This document shows, one piece after another, positions 1 to 8,885 of a stretch of DNA of 45,725 nt. The translations under genes were made by a program, and so were the position numbers. The notes beneath the pieces were generated by a model that had not been told where the DNA came from, ran no database searches, and saw only the letters and a program-made list of their open reading frames with translations. Source of the DNA: a virus (lineage: Duplodnaviria > Caudoviricetes); IMG/VR virus record IMGVR_UViG_3300032257_000026, positions 1 through 45,725 of that record; one strand, 5' to 3'. Every line of letters begins with the position of its first letter. Position 1 is the first letter of the stretch.

Positions 1-367
1 CGAGGCCCTTGTCCAGAACCAGCGTTCCGAACTTGCCGGTGTTCGATGCTTCGAACGTAAGGACGTGCTCGAACGACAGCAACGCCTCAATGGTGTTGAC
101 CGTATCGAGGCCCATCAACAGCGCCAGGATTCGCTCTAGCCCTTCATACCGCGCGCCGAAAACCAAGTTCCCCTCGCCCTCGCGGTTGCCTTGGAACGTA
201 GCGCCGGTCAGACGATCGCCGACGTTCTCATCGAGAATCAATCCAGGCGCCATGCTCGGCATCGATTCCGACTCCAGCTTGACACCCGAGTCGGCGCCGA
301 CCGCGACGGCCTGGCCCCACGTTGCCGCCTTGATCCAGGCGGCCACCCATTCAGTTGATCCTGCCAT
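1..367 (-). CDS. Putative tail tube (major tail) protein, N-terminal 122 aa, runs off the left edge
   Basis: Not in the ORF track. ATG at 367 with AAGGAGG SD; reads MAGSTEWVAAWIKAATWGQAV...FGARYEGLERILALLMG...FEHVLTF...LVLDKGL with no stop; follows the neck genes. Confidence 0.7.
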   Translation of the reverse strand, partial: MAGSTEWVAAWIKAATWGQAVAVGADSGVKLESESMPSMAPGLILDENVGDRLTGATFQGNREGEGNLVFGARYEGLERILALLMGLDTVNTIEALLSFEHVLTFEASNTGKFGTLVLDKGL

Positions 368-411
368 CTCTAGCCCTCCTTAAGCGCGGCCGCCACAGCG
401 CGCGCATCGTT

Positions 412-1587
412 TTATCTGATCACTTCCTCATAATAGGCGCCTTCGATTGTAACCGCGTGGCCCGGTACGCCGGACACCAGCATCGCCGGCTTTACCGGCG
501 TGCCCTGCTTCGGCATCTCTCGAAGATAGCCCATATAACCATCGCCCATCCCGCTCGCCAGCTCGGTGAGCTCGGTAGCGCGGAGCATGAGCCCATCCAG
601 GATCTCGACAACGGCCTGCTTCATTAACGCCGAGACCGACTCGTCTGATCGGTAGCCCCAGAACCCGGTCAGCCGCCAGTTCACCTTGTACTGCGACGAT
701 TGATTCGTGAGCGGCGCCGGCTCGATCCACTCCTCGAGGATCCAGAACCGCGTGGCCTTCCCGAAGCTGTCGACGCCATCGAACAGACCAGCCGTATCGA
801 TCGTTAGGACGCCGCCGGCTTCCGAGATTTGATTCTCAGATTCCCAGCGCTGCGGAGCCAGGAACACCGCGCCGATGTTCTCGTCGATCGACTCGATGAA
901 CGTTTTCAGGTTCGATGTAAAGACCGCCGAGTTGCTTCGAGCCATGAGATCCTCCTGGGCGGGTAGCAGCCGCCAATCGTCGAGCAGCCACTCCCCGCCG
1001 GCCGAGTAGGGGACGCCTGGAAAGATGGTCGAGACCAGCGGTGTTACGAACGCCCAAACTTCGACCTGCTCCGAAACCCAGTCGGCAGGCGGTGTTGATT
1101 TTAGCGCGACGCGAATGAAGTCCGCCGCCGGATCCACTGGGGTCCTTTCGATCAGGACCGGGGGCGAGCTCGAATCGGATCGCGACCAGCGCTCGATTGC
1201 CTCGTCCGTAACAATCGCCACATCCCAGCCGCCGAGATCGATACCGATCGAGGTCATCGTGAACACGAGCGGCGAGCCCGGGACCAGCTGCTTGACCCAG
1301 ACCTCCGACCGGTACGGCACCTCGACCCACGACTTCGAAGCCGGCGCCTGGGTTACCGCGCGGAGATCCGATGCGCTAGAAGGACCGATGAGCTTCGTTG
1401 ACCAGCTCCCCGATCGCGCGCCTTCGCTCGTTCGGAAGGCCAGCGCATCCGGAGCCCCGAACAGGGGGCCGATGCCCCAAGCGGAATCCCCCGATTCATG
1501 ACCCGGATCAGTTAGCAGATTAGGCATAGTTCCCCCGAGCGAGACCGAGCAGAGCAGAACGATAACGAGCGCTTTTATTCGTATCAC
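412..1587 (-). CDS. Neck/tail-completion protein with an N-terminal carbohydrate-binding-like (CBM4/9-type) domain; internal start at 945
   Basis: NLLTDPGHESG..W start and WLLDDWRL end are typical of CBM4/9-like jelly rolls; C-terminal 177 aa sits at the tail-terminator position; possible starts at 1587 (GTG), 1527 and 945. Confidence 0.55.
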   Translation of the reverse strand: MIRIKALVIVLLCSVSLGGTMPNLLTDPGHESGDSAWGIGPLFGAPDALAFRTSEGARSGSWSTKLIGPSSASDLRAVTQAPASKSWVEVPYRSEVWVKQLVPGSPLVFTMTSIGIDLGGWDVAIVTDEAIERWSRSDSSSPPVLIERTPVDPAADFIRVALKSTPPADWVSEQVEVWAFVTPLVSTIFPGVPYSAGGEWLLDDWRLLPAQEDLMARSNSAVFTSNLKTFIESIDENIGAVFLAPQRWESENQISEAGGVLTIDTAGLFDGVDSFGKATRFWILEEWIEPAPLTNQSSQYKVNWRLTGFWGYRSDESVSALMKQAVVEILDGLMLRATELTELASGMGDGYMGYLREMPKQGTPVKPAMLVSGVPGHAVTIEGAYYEEVIR

Positions 1588-1590
1588 GGA

Positions 1591-2139
1591 TCATCCCCCT
1601 TCAAATTTGTCAGCCCAGCGAGCTAGCACCGACTCGAGCTCGCGCTCCAGACGCGGCCCAGCGGCCAGTACGGCCCGTTCAAGTACTTGGAATGCCTGGA
1701 TGCCCTTGCGGCCGATGGAGCGCGAGATGACGATCGCGGCGGCCGTAACAGCCGCGTCCCCTTTGCGGCCGGTCCAGGAGATATCGAGAACGCCGCGACC
1801 GACCTGCAGAGCGACCCAGCGCTCGATCGGCGCCAGCGGCGGCGGCTTCAACCCGGCGCCGCGGCCACCCTCAACCACCATCGCGTGCGGAGCAGGAGCG
1901 AACACCGCATCGAATAGCCGGACGCCAGATGCCGTCTTCTCGAATCGCGGGCCTTGGGTTTCGATCCCGCTGGCGAATTCGCCTGTGTATTTTGGAGCGA
2001 TAATCTTCGCCCGGAGTTGGGCTTCTGCCGTTGCGACGGCCAGCGCGGTCATAGCATCGTCTTTGAGCTCGCCGCCGGCAGCGTGAGCTCGAGCACCGAG
2101 CCTCCTCAGTTGAGAGGCATCGACGCGAGTGCGAGCCAT
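1591..2139 (-). CDS. HK97 gp10-like head-tail component
   Basis: AKIIAPKYTGEFASGI...HAMVVEGGR...PPLAPIERWV...ISRSIGRKG pattern; ATG at 2139 directly after the upstream TAG. Confidence 0.7.
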   Translation of the reverse strand: MARTRVDASQLRRLGARAHAAGGELKDDAMTALAVATAEAQLRAKIIAPKYTGEFASGIETQGPRFEKTASGVRLFDAVFAPAPHAMVVEGGRGAGLKPPPLAPIERWVALQVGRGVLDISWTGRKGDAAVTAAAIVISRSIGRKGIQAFQVLERAVLAAGPRLERELESVLARWADKFEGG

Positions 2140-2140
2140 C

Positions 2141-2866
2141 CTAGTGTGAAACTCGATCAGTCGAACCGCGGCCGAGCTGCGATCGCGTATCCCAATCGAC
2201 CGACGCGCCGGCACCAGCATCCACCTCGGTGGGCGCCAGGCGTTCGACCGCTCGAGCACGCAGCTCGTTGGCGCGACGCATCCAGCGAAACGGGACGGTG
2301 TCGTGGCTCATCTGATCGACGCCGAGCGTCATATTCTTTTTATCGGAAGCGGAGCGCGAGATCGTCTCCGCGAGATGCGCGGCAGCTAGCCAGAGCAGAG
2401 GATCCTGGTCGCGCAATTTGAAGGTCGACACGGTGGCCGAGTCTAGGCCGTTCATTTCATGCGGCAGGCGCCAGAGTACTCGCATCGTCTGGGACGCCGA
2501 GATGGCAAGCGATAGGTACAAAACGGATGCGCCGTTCGTATCGATACGCACGCTCCAATCCTCGGCCGCCAACTCGGTTACAAATTCGTTGTCGGTATCG
2601 GCATCGGTGACGACATGCACCGCGTTGATCTCGGCGCCTTCGACCCACGCCGGAGGCCCGGTGAGAATCGCGCTCAGTACGAAGCGGCGAGTGTTGTCGC
2701 CGACGCGCTGGAACGTAATCATCCGCGGTCGGTAGTCCGACAGTTCGACCAGGCTCGATCGAGCGGCGTCTTGGACTTGATCCGAAGTCGGTTTGATATC
2801 CGAGTCCTCGATCGTTCCGAGCCGCGTCAAAACTTGCGTTGAAAATTCGTTGAGCGTGGAGAACAT
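2141..2866 (-). CDS. Putative head-tail adaptor/connector
   Basis: First gene after the capsid gene; GAGGT SD before ATG 2866; helical N- and C-termini flanking a beta-rich middle. Confidence 0.55.
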   Translation of the reverse strand: MFSTLNEFSTQVLTRLGTIEDSDIKPTSDQVQDAARSSLVELSDYRPRMITFQRVGDNTRRFVLSAILTGPPAWVEGAEINAVHVVTDADTDNEFVTELAAEDWSVRIDTNGASVLYLSLAISASQTMRVLWRLPHEMNGLDSATVSTFKLRDQDPLLWLAAAHLAETISRSASDKKNMTLGVDQMSHDTVPFRWMRRANELRARAVERLAPTEVDAGAGASVDWDTRSQLGRGSTDRVSH

Positions 2867-2980
2867 AGCCACCTCTAAATGCATCCAGCGAGGACGCCTG
2901 CTCGGTGCTGGTTCCGCAGAACACCGAAGCAGACATCCTCGCCTTCCGCTTTTGGCGACGCGCCAGAAGGCGCGCGGGGT

Positions 2981-5479
2981 TTAAGGGATGCCGCCCTGCA
3001 GCCCGCGGTAATCGAGCACCACACCACCGTCGTGGACATGGCGCACCTTCATCGTCGTCACATCGTCATCGAAGAACGATCCGACTCGCTCGAGATCCTG
3101 GATGAAGATCGAAGGATCCTCCTGGCCGTTAAGGAACCCGACCTCCATGACTTCGGCTTCATCCGGATCCGCGGCGAGGTACCAGTTGTCATCCGCGCCG
3201 GCGACTTCATCGAACTCGTGGACTTCAACAACGTTGAAGCCGTAGCGAGTGCGAAAGACGTTTGGCTGACCGGGATTGTCGTCCGTAAGAGCGGTGTCCG
3301 CGCCGCCGGCGGTTCCGATCTCACCCGAACGCGACAAGCGAGCCTTGCCAGCGGCGCCGATCGTTTCGGCCGCTTCGTCGATACGCAGCGGACCGGTAAA
3401 CAGGTTGCGCGGCGTAACTCGACCGGCCTCGGCATCGTCGAGATCCTTCTGGCGGGTCATCTTCAGACGAGCCGCCTTGAGGTTCACATCGTTGAAGGCC
3501 AGCGCGTTCAAGTTGCCGTGGCCGGCGGTAAACAGCGCGGTGCCATCGTAGATGTTCGAGTTGTTGAGGATCTTCCCCCAGACCAAAGTGTTCAGCGTGC
3601 GCTCCGCAGCGCGGCCGAGCTTCATCGGAATCTGGCGGAGCTTGCGGACGTCGTCGTTAACGACCGTCTCCCACGAGATCTTTGCAAGGCCGCCGTACTT
3701 GGCGACGGTTGCGGTGATGTCGTCTTCGGTCGGGATCGAGAGATCCGCGTAGCCGCTCGGATTGCTGTTCTCGTTAACGAGAGCGAGCTGCCCGAACTCA
3801 CCGAACTGCACGATGCGACGCTCGCGGAAATCGGAGACCGGCTCCGGACGCGCGATCATTCGCCAAACGTGTGCAAGCGATTGGTACTCGCGGAGCATCC
3901 GCTTGTGCATCACGTTCGCGAGCAGTAGCGGGAACGACGCGGTCGTCATGGTCGCCTCGAGCAGCGCACCCATGCGAGCGCGCAGCTGGACGTAAAACTG
4001 GTTCTCGTCCCAGTTCACCGACTCCAGAGCCGGTGCCATTCCGCGGCCGGCTTGGCGACCGTAGAAGGCCGAGCCCTCGAGAAGGAAATCGTTCGAGCAG
4101 ACTTGATACGCCTGCTTGAGGCTTTGGAACGGGCGCACCGTTTCGGTCTTGCCGCCGATCTCCACCTTGAAGTTGTTACGCTCCCCAGAGGTTCGACAGA
4201 GCATCGCCTCCATGGCCGCCTCGATGCGTTCGCCGCTGGTCCAGCCGTGCTCGATCGACACGCGATCGGCCGACTCAAGAATCGAGCTCTTCCGGGCCGG
4301 CACACCGCCGAGTGCTTTCTTCATCTCTTCGACAGCCTCCGTGCACGACTCCTTCGAGATCGCGCCATCGGACTCGAGCGCTGCGTTCAGTTGCTTGGAA
4401 ACGATCGCGGCGACCTTCTCAGGTAGCTTCGACGACTCCACGATCGCGCCGATCAGATCGCGACCCTGCTGCAGCGCGACGTTTTGAGTCGCCTTCAGCG
4501 CGGCCGCGCTCGCATCTTCGGCCGCTTTGATTCGCGCTTCGAGCGCCGGGTCCGATGCCGGAGTCGGCGCCGGACCTGTGTCCGGCTTCGGCGCCGGCGC
4601 CTTCCGCGACTTCTGCTTCGGTTCGGGTACACGAGCCCCGACCTTGGCGATGGCTTCGAGCGTCGGCACGAGCGCAGCGCGATCGTCCTCGTCTTCGAAG
4701 TCGGCCTCGATATTTAAATCGAGCGCCTCGATGAGATCGGTTAGCACCTTACGGTGTGCACCTTCCTCGGATTCCACCAGCGCAGAAAGGGAATCAAGAT
4801 CCTCGACCTTCGCCGATTTGATCAATCCCTCCAGCGCCACGCGGTTGCTCTCCGGCACGAGCCGGAGCAGCGCAGCAAGTAGCTTCTTCATGGGGCTCCT
4901 CCTTAACGCCTCCAGAACCGGAATGACCCGGCCGCCGGCGCTTGGAAATGAAACGACATCGAAACCCGCGACGCGGGTCACATTCTCAATTAGACGGCGC
5001 CCATCATCGAGCACCTTAGTCGCCAGACCATCAGCAGGAACATGAATCGAGAGCCCCAGAGTTTTGCGCATCTGGTTAGCTTTGCCGAGCACCGCGCGGA
5101 ACAGACCGCCGCGTTCTTCGTTCATTTCGAGATCGGACTCGATCGAAGCGACGCCGGCGTTTACCACCAGCTGCGGGTTACGGATCACCGCGACCTCGCG
5201 CTCCTTCCAGCGCTCCGGGAGAAGCGCAGCCAGATCGGGGGGGAGTACTTGGGCCAGCTTGTGGCGCCAGGTTTCCCAGTGGTCGAGCATCGACCGGGAG
5301 CCATCGCGGCTCGTATCGTAGAGATGCACCGGAACGCCATCGAGGAGCGGGACCATCTTCTCCAGGGTCGCGCGTGACCAGTAGTTTCTGTTCTTCGAGG
5401 TACCTTCGGAGATCAATCGAGCGCGGATAGTTCCACCCTCAACAACGAACGATGACTCGACCAGAAGCTTCTTTCTCAT
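2981..5479 (-). CDS. Fused prohead protease, scaffold and major capsid protein (Mu gpT-like capsid domain)
   Basis: N-terminal ARLISEGTSKNRNYWS...H...LGLSI...FDVVSFPSAGG protease motifs; Ala/Glu/Pro-rich scaffold middle; C-terminal SFPLLLAN..KRML, KYGGLAKISWETVVNDD, VGFLNGQEDP, KVRHVHDGGVVLDYRG capsid motifs. Confidence 0.9.
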   Translation of the reverse strand: MRKKLLVESSFVVEGGTIRARLISEGTSKNRNYWSRATLEKMVPLLDGVPVHLYDTSRDGSRSMLDHWETWRHKLAQVLPPDLAALLPERWKEREVAVIRNPQLVVNAGVASIESDLEMNEERGGLFRAVLGKANQMRKTLGLSIHVPADGLATKVLDDGRRLIENVTRVAGFDVVSFPSAGGRVIPVLEALRRSPMKKLLAALLRLVPESNRVALEGLIKSAKVEDLDSLSALVESEEGAHRKVLTDLIEALDLNIEADFEDEDDRAALVPTLEAIAKVGARVPEPKQKSRKAPAPKPDTGPAPTPASDPALEARIKAAEDASAAALKATQNVALQQGRDLIGAIVESSKLPEKVAAIVSKQLNAALESDGAISKESCTEAVEEMKKALGGVPARKSSILESADRVSIEHGWTSGERIEAAMEAMLCRTSGERNNFKVEIGGKTETVRPFQSLKQAYQVCSNDFLLEGSAFYGRQAGRGMAPALESVNWDENQFYVQLRARMGALLEATMTTASFPLLLANVMHKRMLREYQSLAHVWRMIARPEPVSDFRERRIVQFGEFGQLALVNENSNPSGYADLSIPTEDDITATVAKYGGLAKISWETVVNDDVRKLRQIPMKLGRAAERTLNTLVWGKILNNSNIYDGTALFTAGHGNLNALAFNDVNLKAARLKMTRQKDLDDAEAGRVTPRNLFTGPLRIDEAAETIGAAGKARLSRSGEIGTAGGADTALTDDNPGQPNVFRTRYGFNVVEVHEFDEVAGADDNWYLAADPDEAEVMEVGFLNGQEDPSIFIQDLERVGSFFDDDVTTMKVRHVHDGGVVLDYRGLQGGIP

Positions 5480-5498
5480 GCGCGACCCCTTCAGAGCG

Positions 5499-5969
5499 TT
5501 AGTGCGTCTCGGGCGATTCGGCCGGAGCAGAGTTTTCATTCTCGCCGCCCAGCTTCCAATCCGGGCAGTACGGCAGATCGACCTGCGACCCCTCGTTCAG
5601 AACCACATGGACAAAAACTTCATGCGCGGACGCGTCGAGACTCGACATCGGCTCGCCGCTTTCATCCTTAGCGATCAACTTCGCCGCGGCGATGTGTTGA
5701 CGGCCCAGCGGTACCGGACGGTGCTTGTGGATCATCTTGCGATCGGGACCACGCGTGGCTTGATGCTCTAGCGTTTCCATTCGCTCGAGATCGAGACCTG
5801 AGCCGCCGATCACTGCGATCGGTTTGAGCTCGCCAGCCAGGAACCCATCGAGCGTGGCTAGCAGCCCGGAGCGAACCTCCTCGGAAGCGCGCTCCTCGCT
5901 CGAGACCTTATGCTCGATGACCGACCCCACCGGGATCCTGCCCTCGACTTTGATTGTGAGTAAATGCAT
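5499..5969 (-). CDS. Hypothetical protein in the head module
   Basis: Strong AAGGAGG SD; 156 aa; lies between the gpF-like and capsid genes. Confidence 0.7.
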   Translation of the reverse strand: MHLLTIKVEGRIPVGSVIEHKVSSEERASEEVRSGLLATLDGFLAGELKPIAVIGGSGLDLERMETLEHQATRGPDRKMIHKHRPVPLGRQHIAAAKLIAKDESGEPMSSLDASAHEVFVHVVLNEGSQVDLPYCPDWKLGGENENSAPAESPETH

Positions 5970-5984
5970 CGGAACCTCCTTTTT

Positions 5985-6329
5985 TTAAGCCTGGTCGCCA
6001 GTGGCCGTCTCCGGCTCCGCATCCGCCTCCGGCTCCGTAGCGGGAGCGGGAGCGGGAGCCGCGTCCGCCTCGGGCTTCGGATCGGGCGAGCCGACATGCC
6101 CGCTCTTGTCCGGCTGCCCGAGCTGGTTCTTTTTCGCGCCGGCGCCGAAGCGCAGGCTCAGCGTGACCGCCTGCCCGACTTCCGGACGGCCGCCTTCGAA
6201 CGGTACGCGGACGGCCAGAGAGCCCGACATCAACGACGGAGCCTCCTCGCCCTTCACGCCGACCAGCGTCAGGTCGTAGCCTTCGCCGGCGCGCTCTACC
6301 ACGTTTCGAACGATCGCTTTGAGTTTCAT
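5985..6329 (-). CDS. Hypothetical protein with an acidic Pro/Ala-rich tail
   Basis: TAGGAGG SD before ATG 6329 (MKLKAIVRNVV); C-terminal PAPAPATEPEADAEPE. Confidence 0.7.
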   Translation of the reverse strand: MKLKAIVRNVVERAGEGYDLTLVGVKGEEAPSLMSGSLAVRVPFEGGRPEVGQAVTLSLRFGAGAKKNQLGQPDKSGHVGSPDPKPEADAAPAPAPATEPEADAEPETATGDQA

Positions 6330-6337
6330 GCTGCCTC

Positions 6338-7258
6338 CTAGGCTGCCAAGAACGAGTCGGCGGCTTCCGCTGGGACCGGCCCTTCTGTGCATCCACAATT
6401 TATTGTTGCATCCGGCGGAGCCGATGGGTCTCGAGGGAAACGCATCCGGACCGAACCTCCTGATCTTAGCGGTACCAGGTATGCGCCGTCGACCGAAATC
6501 ACCTGGCGGTCCACTTTCGAGTGCTCGATCCTGGAAATTCCAGACCAGATCCAGACCTTCGCGGTTGGCCGGCGAGCGTTGAGCTCACGCACCGAAGAAT
6601 CCATGAGCAGGCTGTGGATCCGGAGCACTTCGGTCCGATAGATCCGCTCCGCTTGCCAGGACCACCCGGAGCCCGGGCCGAGCAGCGCGGTGTTGATTTC
6701 GACCGCCGCGTTAAATGCGTTCGGGCCAGCGCCGAGAGCCGAGAGCCGCAAAACCCGGTTAACCTCGCCCAGCATGCGAGCCGCCAGGCCGCCCCTGGTG
6801 AGCCCGATCAGATCCGCGGAGAATTGCGCGGCCGACTGGACGGCGACCGCCCTGAGCCCCACCGCCGGCGCCTGGGACCCCAGCGGGAGGAACTGCTGCC
6901 CGTAGAGCTCCAGCGCTTCGGCGACCAGGTCCGCCTGCGACATCACGCCGCCGCGAAAGATCACCCGGTACTCGACGGCCAGGCGATCGAGCTCGACCGC
7001 CACCGACGACAGGATCTGCGCGATCGACGTCGCGTTCATCGAGTAGCGGACGGGGATCGCAGCGACCGCGCGGTTCCGGAAAGACGAGAACAGGCTGTGG
7101 ATCTTTACGACATCACGCCGGCGGATCTTGGCGTTGCGCTTCGAGAGCGCGGCGAGCCGGCGAGCGTAAGCCTCGACCTTCCGCCGCATTGCTGGCGTTA
7201 GATCAGCCACCCGACGCCCGACCAGTCCCACGCAGATCAAACTCGCCTTCGGGATCAT
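6338..7258 (-). CDS. Minor head protein, Mu gpF/SPP1 gp7 family
   Basis: AERIYRTE, KVWIWS..R..H, PRDPSAP...INCGC motifs; directly downstream of portal. Confidence 0.85.
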   Translation of the reverse strand: MIPKASLICVGLVGRRVADLTPAMRRKVEAYARRLAALSKRNAKIRRRDVVKIHSLFSSFRNRAVAAIPVRYSMNATSIAQILSSVAVELDRLAVEYRVIFRGGVMSQADLVAEALELYGQQFLPLGSQAPAVGLRAVAVQSAAQFSADLIGLTRGGLAARMLGEVNRVLRLSALGAGPNAFNAAVEINTALLGPGSGWSWQAERIYRTEVLRIHSLLMDSSVRELNARRPTAKVWIWSGISRIEHSKVDRQVISVDGAYLVPLRSGGSVRMRFPRDPSAPPDATINCGCTEGPVPAEAADSFLAA

Positions 7259-8885
7259 CCGGATCCGTTCCCTTGCGCGACATCAGCTGCCGGACCGTTG
7301 CGGCAACTTCGCCAGCCTTGTCGGCGGCCGTGTGCTCCGGGACGCCCTCGAGCTCCTTCTTCACCTCGATCCCGGAATCCCGCAGGCATTGGATGAACAC
7401 ATCGTTAAGCAGCTCCGGCTTCGCGCATTCGATCGACGACATCTGCACCATCGCGGAGGCGAGCTTCGAAACGATCTCGGCACCGCGCTGTTTATCCTTG
7501 CCGCCGACCTCCATCGCGATCAGCTCGAAACATTCCGCCGCGTCGTACTTCACGCCGGAGGCGCGCGATCGGAGGATCAGCGACACCTCGAGCAAACGAT
7601 GATAGCGCCGGCGGACGCGGCGCTGCTTGCGACGCAGCCGGCGGAGCGGGACGGTATCAGCCGCTCGAGCGGCGCCGAGGTTTGCGTTCGACAGCGAGCC
7701 GCGCCAGGATTCCGGGAACCCCTTGGCGCCATAGATCGAGGTGCCGAGCGCGCCATCGAGCCAGGCATCCTCGCCGCCGGAGCCCTGGTGCGTCGTAACT
7801 TCGACCTCGACATTTTTATTCGTAGCGAGGACCTTCGGATTGCGCGGCGGCTTGAGGAGCCCCAACTCCTTGAGCTTCGCGTTGGCCTGGGCGGCCGTTC
7901 GAATCGACGGGTCCTTGATATGCATCACGAACCAGCGACGCAGGCTGGCGGTTTCAACGGCCGACGTAAGCAGCTCGTCGTGGAAATCGATGTGGTCGAT
8001 CACCGACGCCAACTCGCCGCGGCCGCGCGTCGCTCCCTCCGGCCGGATCCACGGCCAGAAGAAGCAGAGCCCGTGCACCAGCTTCTCGGTTGTGGGAGCG
8101 GCCTCGTTTTCGCCGCCGGCATCCAGGACCGTCTGCGAGATTCGATATTTGAATCCCTCTTCATTTGGCTCGAGGACTTGAATCTGGATGTCCTCGGTGA
8201 ACGAATCGAGAACGAACCAAAGGTGTGGTTTGCCCGGCGTGCTGCTTGAGACATGCAGGAAGCCATCGCGACGACGATGATCCTGCTGCACGCACTCGAC
8301 GCGCATCGGGTCAACCCAGCCGAGCTCGAGCGAGCCATCGTGCTCATTCAAATCGGCGCCGAGTATCAACTCGCCTTCGAGCAGGTTCGAGAGCGTCCAG
8401 TCTTCATGCTTAGAGCGGATCCGGTTGCGCGGATCGTTCCAGATCTCGTCGAGCTCCTTCTGGAGCTTATCGGCCGCCGGCCCCTTGCCCTTCACGCTGG
8501 GGATGAATTCATCGCCGAGAATAAAATCGACGTGGGTCTCGAGAAGGTTCTCGCCATCGCCGCGCGTTGCGTACACCGCATGCGACAGGCCGATCAGGCG
8601 ATCGCGCTGCATTTGTGTGAGATCGCGCGAGCTCTCCTTGGTGGTGGCCGCGGTTAGTTCCCGGTAGAGCGAATGCGATTGGCTGCCCGTTAGGTTCGAA
8701 TCCGGATCGGGAGCCGCATCGAGGATCCCCTCGAGGCGATCGATCTCCTGGCGCTGCGACGCGATCAGCGCCTGCGAGCTTAGATCGACATCGAGAGCAG
8801 CCAGGCGGCGCTCCGACTCGGCCGGTGCGGACTCCGTAAGCGGATCGTCCGAAAATAGCGCGCGGGCGATGTCGGTGAGTTTCAT
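7203..8885 (-). CDS. Portal protein
   Basis: About 560 aa between TerL and the gpF-like gene; EGEL motif, RGRGEL, GFPESWRG..SNANLG; TAATG overlap with the TerL stop. Confidence 0.8.
   Translation of the reverse strand: MKLTDIARALFSDDPLTESAPAESERRLAALDVDLSSQALIASQRQEIDRLEGILDAAPDPDSNLTGSQSHSLYRELTAATTKESSRDLTQMQRDRLIGLSHAVYATRGDGENLLETHVDFILGDEFIPSVKGKGPAADKLQKELDEIWNDPRNRIRSKHEDWTLSNLLEGELILGADLNEHDGSLELGWVDPMRVECVQQDHRRRDGFLHVSSSTPGKPHLWFVLDSFTEDIQIQVLEPNEEGFKYRISQTVLDAGGENEAAPTTEKLVHGLCFFWPWIRPEGATRGRGELASVIDHIDFHDELLTSAVETASLRRWFVMHIKDPSIRTAAQANAKLKELGLLKPPRNPKVLATNKNVEVEVTTHQGSGGEDAWLDGALGTSIYGAKGFPESWRGSLSNANLGAARAADTVPLRRLRRKQRRVRRRYHRLLEVSLILRSRASGVKYDAAECFELIAMEVGGKDKQRGAEIVSKLASAMVQMSSIECAKPELLNDVFIQCLRDSGIEVKKELEGVPEHTAADKAGEVAATVRQLMSRKGTDPDDPEGEFDLRGTGRASGG

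Noticed and set aside
2941-2975. Hairpin after the capsid gene as a terminator
   Set aside because: A stem is present (CTTTTGGCG/CGCCAGAAG) but there is no U-tract on the coding strand
6015-6075. GCGGGA tandem repeat
   Set aside because: Encodes the PAPAPA low-complexity linker
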